From Octopus vulgaris (taxonomy: Eukaryota): DNA of 64,000 nucleotides. How positions within the stretch are numbered: the stretch's first letter is position 1; the number at the start of each line of letters is the position of its first letter. The stretch spans positions 40,238,001 to 40,302,000 of the forward strand of contig OX597823.1 in NCBI GenBank assembly GCA_951406725.2. Reading direction: 5' to 3'. Position numbers and translations under genes: made by a program. Shown in pieces: positions 1 to 13,877 of this stretch. The notes under the pieces were generated by a model, which saw nothing but the letters and a program-made list of their open reading frames with translations, searched no databases and had not been told where the DNA came from.

Positions 1-955
1 TTTCCGTTCACCCTTCTCAAGTAACCCTCTATCTATCTTCTTCTTTTCTTAGTTTTTACAATTTCCCTTCACTTTTCCATATCTTCTTATCCATATACCC
101 TTCTGTCTCTATCTACATTTCTTTCTATTTATCTGCCTCTCCTTCGATTTACATTTTCCCTCTGTCTGATGCGTCAACTCTTAACTGCCTATCCTTTCCT
201 CTTTCTCTTTCCACACTCTCTCTTTCTTCGTATCTGTTCTTCTCTAGCGGTCTCTTTTTTCCTTTTTCATTTCGTCTATTTTGCTCTTTCTTCTCCTTCT
301 CCGACCCTTTACTCACACTCTCTCTCCTATTTCTTTCTATTCTTTATTACCCGCTCTTTCTCTCCTCTCCCTTAAAGGTACTATGTGACCATCCAATTTT
401 TAAACCCCTCATCCTTTTCCAACTTGACCACTCACCCACTTGATTGCTTGGATATTTTTTAGCTCCTGTCACAGAATTTACTTCAGGTCTTTGTATGTAT
501 ACACATTTTTCTTCCAAAACCGAGAGGACCATGTTCTTTGCTATTAGCGTTATTCGCTCATGTCTTAACCCTGACGTATACAAATACCTGTGTGGTATAC
601 TGTTTCTATATTTTTTCCCTTACTGTCCTTAACTTTCCATTTTATATATTTTCCCGTTGTCTTTATAACTTGATCTTTTTATCGTTCGGTCTATAGATCT
701 CATCTTTCTGTACTCATTCTCTCCTTCATGTTCACTCATTTATACCTCAGTTGCGTTTTGTTGTCGATGCCAACAAACTGAAAAATATTATCGATGAACT
801 ATCAACATTGTGATGATTTGGGTCGATAACAGATAAAGTAAGAACTTGTCCATGTCCATTGTTTGATTTTCTCTGTTTCCTGTATGTTCCTCCGTCGTCT
901 TTCCATGCAAATATTTTACCATATACATACATACATACATACATACATACATACA

Positions 956-1013
<58 letters not shown>

Positions 1014-1596
1014 ATATAGATGATAATGGGGCATATAAGCCCTCGACAGAATCCACACCACTTTGTTTATGCAGCCAAGTGTGCCACCGTTACACCAACA
1101 CACCAGCCGGCTTCTTTCTGTCAGATTTGTATATATACATATATGTATACATACTAAGACAACCATATCGACACAACACACACATGCACACACATACACT
1201 CACACACACATACGTACGCACGCACACGTACACACACACGCTCACACATATATTTATCCATAAATGGGCCTCTGAACAAATACTTTACTTTTAAACCTCC
1301 GTTTTCCACTACACATCCGTCCTATTTGTTGCCCTTAAACTTCTCTATCTCCGTTTCTCGTCTACATTCTTTATCTTTGATACTCATTTCTGAAACACCC
1401 GCCACTCCAATTTCACCGCTTCCCCGCTCCAATAACTTTATACTCTAACATATTACTTTATGTCGGCCACGTAGCGAAGGCTAGTACTGGACATGTGCAC
1501 ACTGTACACTGATCACTACCAAAGCAACCACCACTACCATCACCAGTTCTATCACCACTACAACACTCTATTCTTCCTACATGCCTCTTTCATCAT

Positions 1597-1665
<69 letters not shown>

Positions 1666-1668
<3 letters not shown>

Positions 1669-2062
1669 GATGCTTGACCAAAGAGGAAAGTATCTGTCTT
1701 TAGCCCTTTCAAACGGGTCCACCATACTACCTCTTTCGCTACAGCCACTAGACAAATAAAAATTACTGGTCCCTCCCGACCAAAAGAGGGCGGTGGGGCA
1801 ATCTTCAGCTGATAGCCGGATTCAGCTGATAGCCAGATCCGTCCTACACGCGACAGCAGGTGTTCGACATAAACCCACATGTTAGCAATACTCGGGCACT
1901 GGACTAGGGCGTGCAGAACGGTTTCATCGTTCAGGGCTCACTTCGAGCAGGCCCGGCTGATGGCATTTCCGTGCCTGTAAAGTTTATCCCAAACAGGCAG
2001 CGCCCCTCGGTAGCACTGCCAGGCAAGGGATTTCTGGAAGTTATCCCGAAAGTTCTCCGAAA
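1666..2062 (-). mobile_element. Tx1/L1-like LINE ORF2 C-terminal fragment (zinc-knuckle region), decayed
   Basis: Minus frames read NFQKSLAWQCYRGALPVWDKLYRHGNAISRAC, ETVLHALVQCP, MWVYVEHLLSRVGR and FICLVAVAKEVVWWTR. Homologous to copies at 38030-39390 and 63083-63655. Confidence 0.8.
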
Positions 2063-2139
2063 TAGTAACAACAGCAGCATCAGCAACAAGAACAAGAACA
2101 AGAACAAGAACAAGAACAACAACAACAACAACAACAACA

Positions 2140-2690
2140 AATGCTTTGATGCAGTACCAGGTAGAGGCTCTCATGGCTTCAGATTTCAACTGATTGGAAG
2201 TGTTATCATGTACATTGTTTTGTCTTGGTTATAAAAGAAGGGCTACAGAAAATATTCTGCTCAATACCACAAATTTACTTGTCATTTGTTTGACTATATA
2301 ACCAATTGAGCATATCCCTTAGTGGCTGATGATATGTGCATCTCTGATCATGAGCAGAAGTAGTGGAGGAACATCATAGCCATGTGTTGGGAGGAATTCT
2401 TTGGGGTTTGAATAATTCACCCCTAGAAACATGGGTGTTTCCTTCAACATCATTAAACAATCCTTATTTAAGGACCATTTGAGCGGGATGAGTTACTCGA
2501 CCAGAAGAAAATTCTAACTGGGCCCCACCTGCAAGGTCATGCGCTGTTTATATTGATATGAGATCACCATGTCGCGCACATGTGGTTGTGCTGCATGTGC
2601 CTGGTGTACCCTTATCAGACGGGTAGTCGTGATGGGCTTCGTATATTTTACTCCAGTGTCACTTTGATGATATGCACTGCACTCTTATCC
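2140..2690 (+). repeat. ~550-bp non-coding interspersed repeat, probably a retroposon, between (AAC)n and (AAT)n
   Basis: Complex sequence with sharp microsatellite boundaries and an (AAT)n tail-like end. Single copy in the window; family not assignable. Confidence 0.4.
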
Positions 2691-2771
<81 letters not shown>

Positions 2772-2889
2772 AAGGTGCTGGAGGAGGAGAAGGAGCAAAA
2801 GTGAAAGGAGTAAGTGTAGCATATGAGGGCTGATGAAGATGAGGAAAGAAGCGATATAGATGAAGGAGTAGGATGAATAGCAGGAAGGA

Positions 2890-2956
<67 letters not shown>

Positions 2957-2958
2957 GA

Positions 2959-3165
2959 GCAGGCAGAATCGTTACTGCGTCAGTCAAAATGCTTAGCAGC
3001 ATTTCGTCCGACATTATGTCCTGAGTTCAAATTCCACCGAAGTCGACTTTGCCTTTCATTCTTTCGGGGATGATAAAAATAAGTGCCAGCTGGACACTGG
3101 GGGCCAATGTAATAGACTTGCACCCTCCCTCGAAATTGCTGGCCTTGTGCCAAAATTTGCATCTA
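2959..3165 (+). mobile_element. tRNA-derived SINE, family B
   Basis: A-box-like GGCAGAATCGTTA, B-box GAGTTCAAATTCC, and central GTCGACTTTGCCTTTCAT...GATAAAA...AAGT.CCAG domain repeated many times in the window. Confidence 0.8.
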
Positions 3166-3169
3166 TTAT

Positions 3170-3420
3170 CATTATTTATTCCTTATACCTCAGGTTTTGC
3201 CGTAACTCCTGAAGTCCTGCATGTGTAGCGGGCTTGCTGCCTGCAGCCTACGGTACCATGCTATCTGTTAATTTTAGCTATCTAATACTTTCCTGATTGT
3301 TCTTGTCGGGCCAAGGAGGCACCTTTTTAAACAGTTGTACTGGACACTCTATTCTGATTTCCTTTATATTCCTCTTGATGCTTTCTGATGCTATCCCCAA
3401 GGACTCAACGATAATTTGCA
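3170..3420 (-). mobile_element. RLE-type (R4/Dong-like) LINE 3' end fragment
   Basis: Minus strand reads VQIIVESLGIASESIKRNIKEIRIECPVQLFKKV then, after a frameshift, CLLGPTRTIRKVLDS*. This resembles the typical PIVVGALG...LQKAALLGTARILRKVL C-terminus. Lies among (TAA)n tracts. Confidence 0.65.
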
Positions 3421-3432
3421 CTATCTACACAT

Positions 3433-3438
3433 TTATTA

Positions 3439-3520
<82 letters not shown>

Positions 3521-3630
3521 CATCATCATCATCATCATCATCATTATTATTATTATTGTAAGCAGCAGAAGCAGCAACAGCAGCAGCAGCAGTTGAAGTA
3601 GTAGTAGTAAGAAGAAATAGTATTAGTAGC

Positions 3631-3686
<56 letters not shown>

Positions 3687-3739
3687 AAGAAGAAGAAGAA
3701 GAAGAAGAAGAAGAAGAAGAAGAAGAAGAAGAAGAAGAA
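3433..3739. repeat. Compound trinucleotide microsatellite (TTA)n-(CAT)n-(CAG)n-(TAG)n-(GAA)n
   Basis: Directly visible. Confidence 0.95.
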
Positions 3740-4893
3740 AACGATGATGATGAAAAACAAGGAAAAGGAGTTTCTTGAGCAAATACACAAAAGAAGATAA
3801 AGTTATAAAGAAAATTCATAAAAAAATATATAAACTCTATATTTGATCGAAATATAAGGCATTGAAGAAAATATAGGTTTGAAAATAATCGATAAAAATG
3901 AGTAAAAATAGACGGAATACAATGGAAATGTATGTCCAATAGAACCATATATGTGTGTGTGTGTATGTGTGTGTGTATGTGTGTGTGTGTACATAAATAT
4001 ATTTATGGGTGTATGCAACTATATATACGTATATATACGTATACACACACAAACACAGACACACAAACCCATACGTATATATACACACGTTTATACATAC
4101 CGATATTTTCACATGCATACTCATAGATATATATGTGTGTGTGGTGGTATGTGTGTGAGTGTGTGTGTGCGTGTATGGGTGTGTTTGTGTGTGTACACAT
4201 ATGTTGAGACTGAAATTTGGGTTTTAGTCTCCGTTTTAATTTGCACACGTGTATGCACGAACGTATGTATTCATGCATGCATGTATTTAGCATGTATATA
4301 TACATATGTGTGTGTTTGATTGTGCAAATATGTATTTATACATACGTATATTCGTATGTAGGCATATATACTTATATACATACATATGTGTGTGTGTGTG
4401 TGGGTACATATTTATATTTATATTTTGCACCACTTTCATTTCGACCTCTGATGTAGTAAATTAGCACAAGAGTCAAAGACGACCTCTGATCCCGGGAGAG
4501 AAAGTATACTAAATAGTGAAATTCTACAAAATCTGTATTCTGTATTCTGTATTGAGTGCAGTGTATAAAAACTAAGCAGTCTGACTAAACCAATATGAGT
4601 GAAGTAAATCAAAATATAAGATTGATATTCTTATACAAAATTTTCCTGTATAGGGAAGACCTTGAAAAAGTTATATAAGAATGTAAGGTTTTGGATCGGA
4701 ATTTTTGCTTTAATTGATTTAATAGAAATCGATTAGGTGCGGAGAACTATCACATCTAAGGACACTAAGACGTTTATACACGAGAAACATATGTTGGAAC
4801 TTTTCTACGCTGGGGAAATTTTAATAAAGATGTACAATTCTCGAATTCCTTATCATGTTTTTCCACACACACACACGCACACATATATATATG

Positions 4894-4973
<80 letters not shown>

Positions 4974-4974
4974 C

Positions 4975-5029
<55 letters not shown>

Positions 5030-5042
<13 letters not shown>

Positions 5043-5829
5043 GGCAGTTTGTCTGTCTGTGTGTCTGTGTGTCTGTCAGGTTGTACCCTCACCCTGACCA
5101 CGGCTTTCAACCGATTCTGATGAAACTTGACACACACATAGCCCAATGTCATAATTCAAAACTAGCGCAGTGAAAACTTTGAAAAGTTCCCCCAGTTCTG
5201 AAAAAAATCGATAAATTCGACATGGGGTCTAGAATCTAAGCTTTTTATATGCAACACATTTTCTGTTGTAGTTTTCGCAACTTGCAATCGATTTTCACCA
5301 AACTCAGGGTGAAGCTTACTGTTACACTAAGAAACTTAATTCTGACGTTAGTTTTTCATGCAATACCTTACCATCAGAAAAAATTGATAAGATCATGCCA
5401 TTTTTGGAAATCGCGTTCAAATTCAAGATGACATATTTTCGACAATATCTTTCACAAATTGGCAGGAATTTTTTAAAAAATTCACACCGAGCATCATGTC
5501 TGCTCCAAGGAGCTACATGGCCCTTTTTATTCCAGTAGGATACTTCATTACTGGAAAAAATCGGTTAATTAAATCATATGTGGCACACGTAGCAAACCGA
5601 TTTGTGTATTAAACACAAACCACAGACTGTCTAGGGGACGCAACTCGACCTTTTTATCGCTCAAAGGGACAGCTAGGAACATCGTATACACAGAAGTATT
5701 CGAGTGAAGAGAAGACATTGCAGCCTGCACATGCGCCTTCGTTCCCTAGAGGGAATGGACTAGATTGGGATTAGTCGTTGCCTACTAGGGGCTCTTACAT
5801 ACCCGGGCAACGCCGGGCTATGCTGCTAG
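5030..5829 (+). mobile_element. Non-autonomous Helitron
   Basis: 3' hairpin CCCGG-GCAACG-CCGGG (5802-5817) followed by CTAG (5826-5829) and T. The 5' region has ATATAAACGGCAG plus (GTCT)n; the 5' boundary is obscured by (TA)n. Confidence 0.75.
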
Positions 5830-5948
5830 TACATATATAAATATATGTATAAATTTTTACTGAATATGGTTCTTTTCCATACCGAAACTACTTGGTGAAA
5901 TTTATTAATATTAAATTAATGATTTTTTACCCTATATCTATAATTGAT

Positions 5949-5980
<32 letters not shown>

Positions 5981-6006
5981 CATACATATATATATATATG
6001 TATATG

Positions 6007-6037
<31 letters not shown>

Positions 6038-6067
6038 GCATGTATATATATATATATATATATATGC

Positions 6068-6109
<42 letters not shown>

Positions 6110-6326
6110 AACTATATATAGTAGTCGCTGTTGGGCAGCGATATAGAGAAGTACTCAACGAAACGTAAAATGCAATAGTTTACTTAAGCCGGTTCAATAG
6201 CGTATTATTTTGAATTTTTCACTTCTTGGAAGCCACTCTTCTTGACCAGTCACTTTTCGGAAACGTCAAGCGTGAGAGGCAACCAGTTAAAGAATGTACA
6301 CACACACTCACAACAAACACACACAC

Positions 6327-6384
<58 letters not shown>

Positions 6385-6409
6385 GCACACGCGCACACAC
6401 ACACACGCG

Positions 6410-6580
6410 CGACGGGCTTGTTTCAGTTTCCGTCTACCAAATCCACCCACAAGACTTTGTGCGAACTGAGGCTATAGTAGAAGACACTCGCCCTTGGTGC
6501 CACGCAGTGGGACTGAACCCGGAACCCTGAGGCTGGAAAGCAAGCAAGCCTCTTACCAGACGGCCACGCCTCCGCCTATA
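6410..6580 (-). mobile_element. tRNA-derived SINE, family A, 5' half
   Basis: Reverse complement of the head of 12242-12745 (B-box GGTTCAGTCCC). Confidence 0.8.
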
Positions 6581-6680
6581 TACATACATACATACATACA
6601 TACATACATACATACATACATACGTACATACATACATACATACATACATACATACGTACATACATACATACATACATACA

Positions 6681-6783
<103 letters not shown>

Positions 6784-6933
6784 TTATGTGGGTATGGGGG
6801 AGCATGAATGTTTATACGTATATACTTATGCCTCGAAGGACTTTGAAAATGTAGTGTTAAACAGATCTCAGAGATATGTAAGGATACTATTTAATGTTTT
6901 TTAAAAAATAAACAGTTAAAACGACGTAAAAAT

Positions 6934-7860
6934 TCAAAGAAATCGGTAAATATTTCGATTAATGCTTTGTAGTGGAACACGTACGAGGGAGACAACTATA
7001 ACAAGACACAGTGGCGAAAAGAGTTCTTTCTTCAAGTCTGGAAAATTAAAACCAGCTGATGACAAGAAAATTCGACGAAATAGAAAAATGATTTCGCGAT
7101 AGCGAAGGAAACAAAAGTATTTGAATATGGATATAAAAAGCAGGCAATAGAGAGACAATAAACATTATGAAAAAGCAGGTAGCAGATAAAAGTAAAAACA
7201 AATAGTATTTAAGATGCAATTCATTTTAGTATGGACAGTTAGAACGTCTTCAATATACTTCATCAACTACTTGATAATAGGTTACACAGCAGGAATCTCA
7301 AGGAATGCCTGCAAAAATTTAATAAGTCATCTCATTTATTCAAATCTTCAACGTTCCGGAATAAAAGGAATTACTCGTTAAAGCATAAAGCGCATTCTAT
7401 AGGAACAGGATAGGCTCTGTGTCTGTATGGACTGGCACGATCTTTTATAGATCAATGTATAACAGTAAGTGGTGAGGAAAATTTTTTTCAGTAATCAAAT
7501 ATACTTGGAGAAATCCATAGACAACATTTTATCCAGGATTTTAAAAGGATTCCTGAATTAACTTCTTAGATTTATTCTCTACCAATTCAGAATATATCTT
7601 CAATATAGGACTGTTGTCTATCTCTATTCTCACAGTGTACAAGTTTGACCAAGCAATTACCAGCAAGGTGACAGCTGGTTGGAACCACACAATTACCGGT
7701 AGGATATCGAACATTATTATTGACATCAAAGATATTTTGGTATACAATTGGTTTATAAGAAGAAGCAAAGAATTTTTACAAGAAGAATAAATAACAGTGT
7801 CAGAGATTCTGTTAAGCAATTTACCATATCACTGCCCTCCTACGTAAGTGCGGAAAGATT
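6934..7860 (-). pseudogene. Possible decayed intronless class-A GPCR-like sequence
   Basis: Broken frames give, in order, PAVTLLVIAW (TM3-like), IFAGIP*..CVTYYQVV..VY*RR (TM5-like), ATCFFIMFIVSLLPAFY (TM6-like) and FNFPDLKKELF (helix-8-like). No DRY or NPxxY motif retained. Confidence 0.25.
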
Positions 7861-8080
7861 AAATTAAGGAATTCTTTAGCTCAGCTGGTCTCTACATTAA
7901 GGCTGAGCCATAAAATTTTCAGGGTTTTATTTCTAGTTCTATGCTTCGAGCTATTAGAGCGAGTTATAAATTAGATTTTATCGAGAAAAAATCGCTATCC
8001 TGAAGCGTTTCGTTGTAATGCGAGGCGCTATTAAACGTATGCTTATGTATGTGTATATATGAGCAAATATGTATGCATGT

Positions 8081-8114
<34 letters not shown>

Positions 8115-8211
8115 ACACACATATGCACATACACATATATGCACATACATTATCTATGTATAAGTGCTTTGTGTTTATATATATTTATAACCGTGTGTAT
8201 GTGTGTATATA

Positions 8212-8269
<58 letters not shown>

Positions 8270-8925
8270 CATGCATATATACGTATATATATATATGTGT
8301 GTGTGTGTGTGTATACATAGATACATAAATATATCTCCATATTCTGCCCTAGAGGTTTTGTGCCTGTATAAGAAATTAAAAATCAATACTTACTCTCCTC
8401 AGGTATATAAGTAGAGCGTTCAATCCTTCCTACTTCCTTGCATTAGCTTTATAGTGAGAATTACATAACAATCTAATGGGCATACAAAAAAGATCTACAT
8501 TCAATATATGAGTATAATATAGATGTATAAAATGTTAATTTAAGCAAAAACAATTCTTCTTGGACACGGAGATCTCCGGTATCGTGCAAGCATGCAGTCA
8601 TTAGATTTGAATGGAGTGGCAAATCATATTTTTGCTCGATTGGGAGATTCTAATGTATAATACCTACGATAAAATAGAAATTGCATTCACCTCGTTGTAC
8701 CTGCATTGGGAACGTAATTTATACTATATTACATAAAAAGTATATCTGAGTATATATACACCCTGTACCAGGGACACCGAGTCTGTAATGTCCTTCTAAC
8801 CGAACAAAACAAGATTTGCTAGTTTGCTATAACCTTTCCGCCTCGCAGACGAATACACGAGTACGCCGAAAAAGATGTCAAGTTCTGTAAAACAAATGTT
8901 CTTGTTATATTAAAAAGTCACACAT

Positions 8926-8997
<72 letters not shown>

Positions 8998-9097
8998 CTT
9001 GCATACAACTAACGCATACTGGGTAAAGGCAACGGACACTAAGAAAGTCAAGACGGGAGAAACAAGCATTAATAAATCTGCTAGTAACTTAATGCAT

Positions 9098-9163
<66 letters not shown>

Positions 9164-9328
9164 GCATGTATGTATGTAACTATGTATGTATATATACATA
9201 TATCTGTGTGTGTGTGTGTGTGTATCTTTGATCGCACTGTTTATATAGAAGTATTCGTATAAGAAATATTGTAACTTCCAGTGCCGGCACTGAATATTAT
9301 AGGAACACTCTAGAGATGAACTTCAAAA

Positions 9329-9364
<36 letters not shown>

Positions 9365-9464
9365 TGTATGTATGTATGTATGTATGTATGTATGTATGTA
9401 TGTATGTATGTATGTATGTATGTATGTATGTATGTATGTATGTATGTATGTATGTATGTATGTC

Positions 9465-9868
9465 ATTATTCAGTTTTATTTCAAGATTTCTTGTCAATAC
9501 AGAAAGAGGTAGTTTCTAATCTAGATCCAAGGCTCATTCACTGGAATTTCAACATCAACGGGTTATTTTTGCATGTATTTTTGCTTGTGTGCAGCATTTG
9601 AAGTCACTGCACATGCAGATTAAGGTTTTGTTTTATGTATGTATCATCATGCATATAGTTGCATGTCTAGGCATGCGCATATATACTTAGATGATAAATT
9701 TCTGGAAAGTTTTACAGATTTTTACAGTTCTAGTGATGGCTTGGATTTATAGTTTTCGAATCAGCTTTCTACTTTCTGGTTTTGAGAAGCCTTATCTTTC
9801 AAGATTGGTATTTAGGCAGTGTGTTACATATCCCAATACCTCAATAATTACAGGTATAAATCTGGGTA
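9465..9868 (-). mobile_element. RLE-type LINE 3' fragment, copy 1
   Basis: RFIPVIIEVLGYVTHCLNTNLER*GFSKPESRKLIRKL*IQAITRTVKICKTFQKF* plus a 3' UTR shared with copies 2 and 3. Confidence 0.7.
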
Positions 9869-9921
9869 GAGTATGTATGTATTCATGCATATGTATATAT
9901 TTATATATATGTATGTATATA

Positions 9922-10160
9922 CGAGGGACGTTCAATAAGTAATGCCCCTGACCCAGTTGCAGTTGTTTGATCTAGCTGAAATTTTGCATGTGCAATTATT
10001 TATATCTCTATAGATTAAGTGAAAAATTACAGTTCTGAACTAATTGTGGTTTCTGATTTACAGGTGTTTGAACTGAGTCAAGTGTGAAATGGAGCCTGTT
10101 GAGTGTCGAGCAGTTATCCGGTTTTTGCATTTGAAAGGACGCACACCACGGGAGACTTAT
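9922..10160 (+). mobile_element. mariner 5' fragment
   Basis: TA|CGAGGGACGTTCAATAAGT TIR-like start; ATG at 10089 gives MEPVECRAVIRFLHLKGRTPRET, a mariner transposase N-terminus. Confidence 0.75.
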
Positions 10161-10291
10161 ACCAACTTTCTCCTGTCAGCATTTCCATAAAGAGCGACTG
10201 ATCCTGCACAGTCCTTCACCATTGTAAATAAATAATCTGTGTGGCTAGTCTAACAGCTGACTGTTGGACACTCACACGTCAAAATCAACGG

Positions 10292-10405
<114 letters not shown>

Positions 10406-10485
10406 GATATAGGATAAATTTTTTTCGGGAAAAAATTTTTATCAATGGCCAGCATATCAAAAAATGCCTCTAAAGGTAAACTTTA

Positions 10486-10856
10486 TACATAATTTACAAG
10501 ATAAGGGCAGAAGGAAATTTCTAATGCCAGATACATCGAAACAAAAAATTGTCGATAACCATTAAATTTATGCGTCTCGAAACAAACCGATAGAAATCTC
10601 TAAAAAATTCGTTATTACCGTATTGGTCCAATTTCGGGGTTAATTCACAAGAAATTTTCCCCTCTTCAGCGGCACGTACGCGAGATATAAATGAAATACT
10701 TATTCACACCCACGGAAGAAGCAAGCACCAAGTCCCGAGCAGACTTAAGTACCCCAAATATATCCAGACGCATATATTTAATGGTTATCGACAATTTTTT
10801 TGTTTCGGCGTATCTGGCATTAGAATTTTTCTTATGCCCTTATCTTGTAAATTATG

Positions 10857-10858
<2 letters not shown>
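10486..10858 (-). mobile_element. Short non-coding Penelope-type module with inverted arms and a hammerhead
   Basis: Imperfect inverted repeats 10486-10577 and 10766-10858 around an HHR; (TA)n nearby on both sides. Confidence 0.7.
10616..10674 (-). ncRNA. Type I hammerhead ribozyme, canonical core
   Basis: Minus strand: UGCCG-CUGAAGA-GGGG(19 nt)CCCC-GAA-AUUGG-A-CCAAU-A|CGGUA. Stems I, II and III all pair; AUA triplet. Confidence 0.8.
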
Positions 10859-10939
<81 letters not shown>

Positions 10940-10954
10940 ATATATATGTATATT

Positions 10955-11345
10955 ATTATTTAGTTTAATTTCTTTATTTCTTGCTAATGGAAAAAGACCG
11001 GTTCTAATTTAGATTAAAGGATTCTTTATTGGAATTTCGGCAACATTAACTGGGTAGTTGTGCATGCATGTATGTGTGCAAGTATTTGGTGTCAGTGTAA
11101 AACATACAAGTCTGTATGTTTTGTTTATGTGTATATGCTCATATATATTGTTACATGTTTAGACTAGCGCATATGTATTTATATGCTAAACTTTGGGAAA
11201 GTTTTTACCTATATTAACAGTTTCGTTGATGACTTCTATTTGTAGTCTTCTAATAAGCTTTGACTTTTCTGGCTTTGAGAATCCTAATTTCTCGAGATTG
11301 GTGCTGAAGCAATTTGTTACCAATCGTTGTGCCCCAATAATTATG
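10955..11345 (-). mobile_element. RLE-type LINE 3' fragment, copy 2
   Basis: IIGAQRLVTNCFSTNLEKLGFSKPEKSKLIRRLQIEVINETV; homologous to 9465-9868. Confidence 0.7.
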
Positions 11346-11489
11346 CACAATAATTTAGGCCATGCAATCCGAGCAGAATAGCTGTAAATTTCTATTGTTC
11401 AGTGCAGGTATTTTTTTTTATTTCACTGATCTTTATCTTTATGTTGACATCTGCTGAGCAACTAATTTTCACTACTGTATATTAATTCT

Positions 11490-12180
11490 CTTCTCTTGAT
11501 TTTTTTAATTATTTGAAACTTTCGTACAAGAAAGGCTCTGGTTTTAAACAAAGCTCCAAAGCTCCATCGTTGGAAAGTAGATAACAATAATAAATTTGCA
11601 TTTTAGACTTGAGAAAAGTCTTAAGTATTTTAACTGTTCCGCACACAGATTATATTTATAACATGTATGTTATGCGGTTGATCTCATTTTCTGAAAACCT
11701 CAGATTGTCACTTGGGTATTTAATCACAAAACAAAGTGTACCAATTATTATTATTCACATTATTTGTAGAAATGTGAATTTATAACGTGGGTAAAGAAGC
11801 AGATGTCCATAGTTATGTTCTTTCTCTCTGATTTTCGAAGTGATATTTACATCAGAAGGCAGCTGACCATTATGTCAGTATACCCTTTTTCCTGTCTATC
11901 ACAAACAACAATAGCCAGCATGTTCTGTCTACATTTGCTAGAAGTGTTGATGGGAACGTTCCACCCGTGTTATTTCTCTTCATGTTCGTAAATATATTCA
12001 ATAATAGGTAGGTTCTCTATATTTATTCCATAACAGTCTCTTTTTCGGATGACATTGTTTTGGTGACTACTTAATGTCGAATAGGAACATTTCGAGTAGT
12101 TGCAGATCATGTGTGATATCTTCCACAAGAAAAGCGACACAATCGACATTTTCGGTTGCATTTTAAAGCTCCAAGGAATT
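11490..12180 (-). mobile_element. RLE-type LINE 3' fragment, copy 3 (zinc finger plus degenerate endonuclease)
   Basis: KCRLC...EDISHMICN zinc finger, WNVPI..., IVVCD...VSC..DVNITSKIREKEHNY, and C-terminal GTVKILKTFL; frameshifted. Confidence 0.7.
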
Positions 12181-12241
12181 CACTGTCACTTGAGTATGTA
12201 TGTACGTATATATGTATGTACGCATTACATAAATATGAATC

Positions 12242-12745
<504 letters not shown>

Positions 12746-13181
12746 ATAGACAGACAGACAGATGGATAGACAGATAGATAGATAAATAGATAGACAGATA
12801 GATAAATAGACAGGTATATCAAATGTGTATTTTTGCATGTTCCTACATAATTCTATAATGCCGTCTACGAATATTTCATGAGTAAAACTTGAGTCATCTG
12901 TCCCTCTGCTACGAGTTATAATACATTCAGATGTGCGTCTAAAGAATCAAAACATTGACGAGTACTGTTGGGTGATTTCAAAGTGAGGTGTATGTAACCT
13001 TTTGGATTTGTGCACATAGGTACACGACAATACGTCGAAGCATGCTGAAATACAACGGCAAGAAGAATCCATTCCAGAATCCTCTCTTATATGAAGAATA
13101 TCAGATGCAAAAATTTAATCCATTCTATAAGTTGGAACTTTATCCCTATACATACGCACACATACCTATACATATGTATGC

Positions 13182-13233
<52 letters not shown>

Positions 13234-13234
13234 G

Positions 13235-13265
<31 letters not shown>

Positions 13266-13401
13266 GTGTGTGTGTGTGTGGGTGTGTGGGTGGGTGTATT
13301 TATATGCATGTAATATTTACCTTATTTGGATATTGATTTCTTTTTTTCTATCTTATTTCTGGTATTATTTGCAACCATGCATACAATATTGCAACAAACA
13401 A

Positions 13402-13484
<83 letters not shown>

Positions 13485-13497
13485 GTCTATGCTTATG

Positions 13498-13538
<41 letters not shown>

Positions 13539-13825
13539 TCATACAAAGGGAAGAAAGATATACGTACATACATACATGCATACATACACACGCAAACACT
13601 CAAATCTACATAGTTACATACTTGGTCTACAAGTTCACAATATACTTTAGTTATTTATATAGCATGCAATGAAATATATGTATATATATACATACATATA
13701 TATATTTGTATATTTATGTACACATATATTCATCTATATATATTTCCATAAATGCATATATATACATGATACACACATGTATATATATGTATAATACATT
13801 TACATCATGTATGCATGTATGTATA

Positions 13826-13877
<52 letters not shown>

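Noticed and set aside
380-930. Possible decayed PLE 3' end on the plus strand
   Set aside because: Only faint resemblance to a GIY-YIG C-terminus and no recoverable hammerhead core.
2470-2590. Possible HDV-like ribozyme (GGACC...GC-CCCACCT-GC-AAGGTC)
   Set aside because: P3, P1.1 and J4/2 cannot be formed convincingly, and the motif is internal to the repeat.
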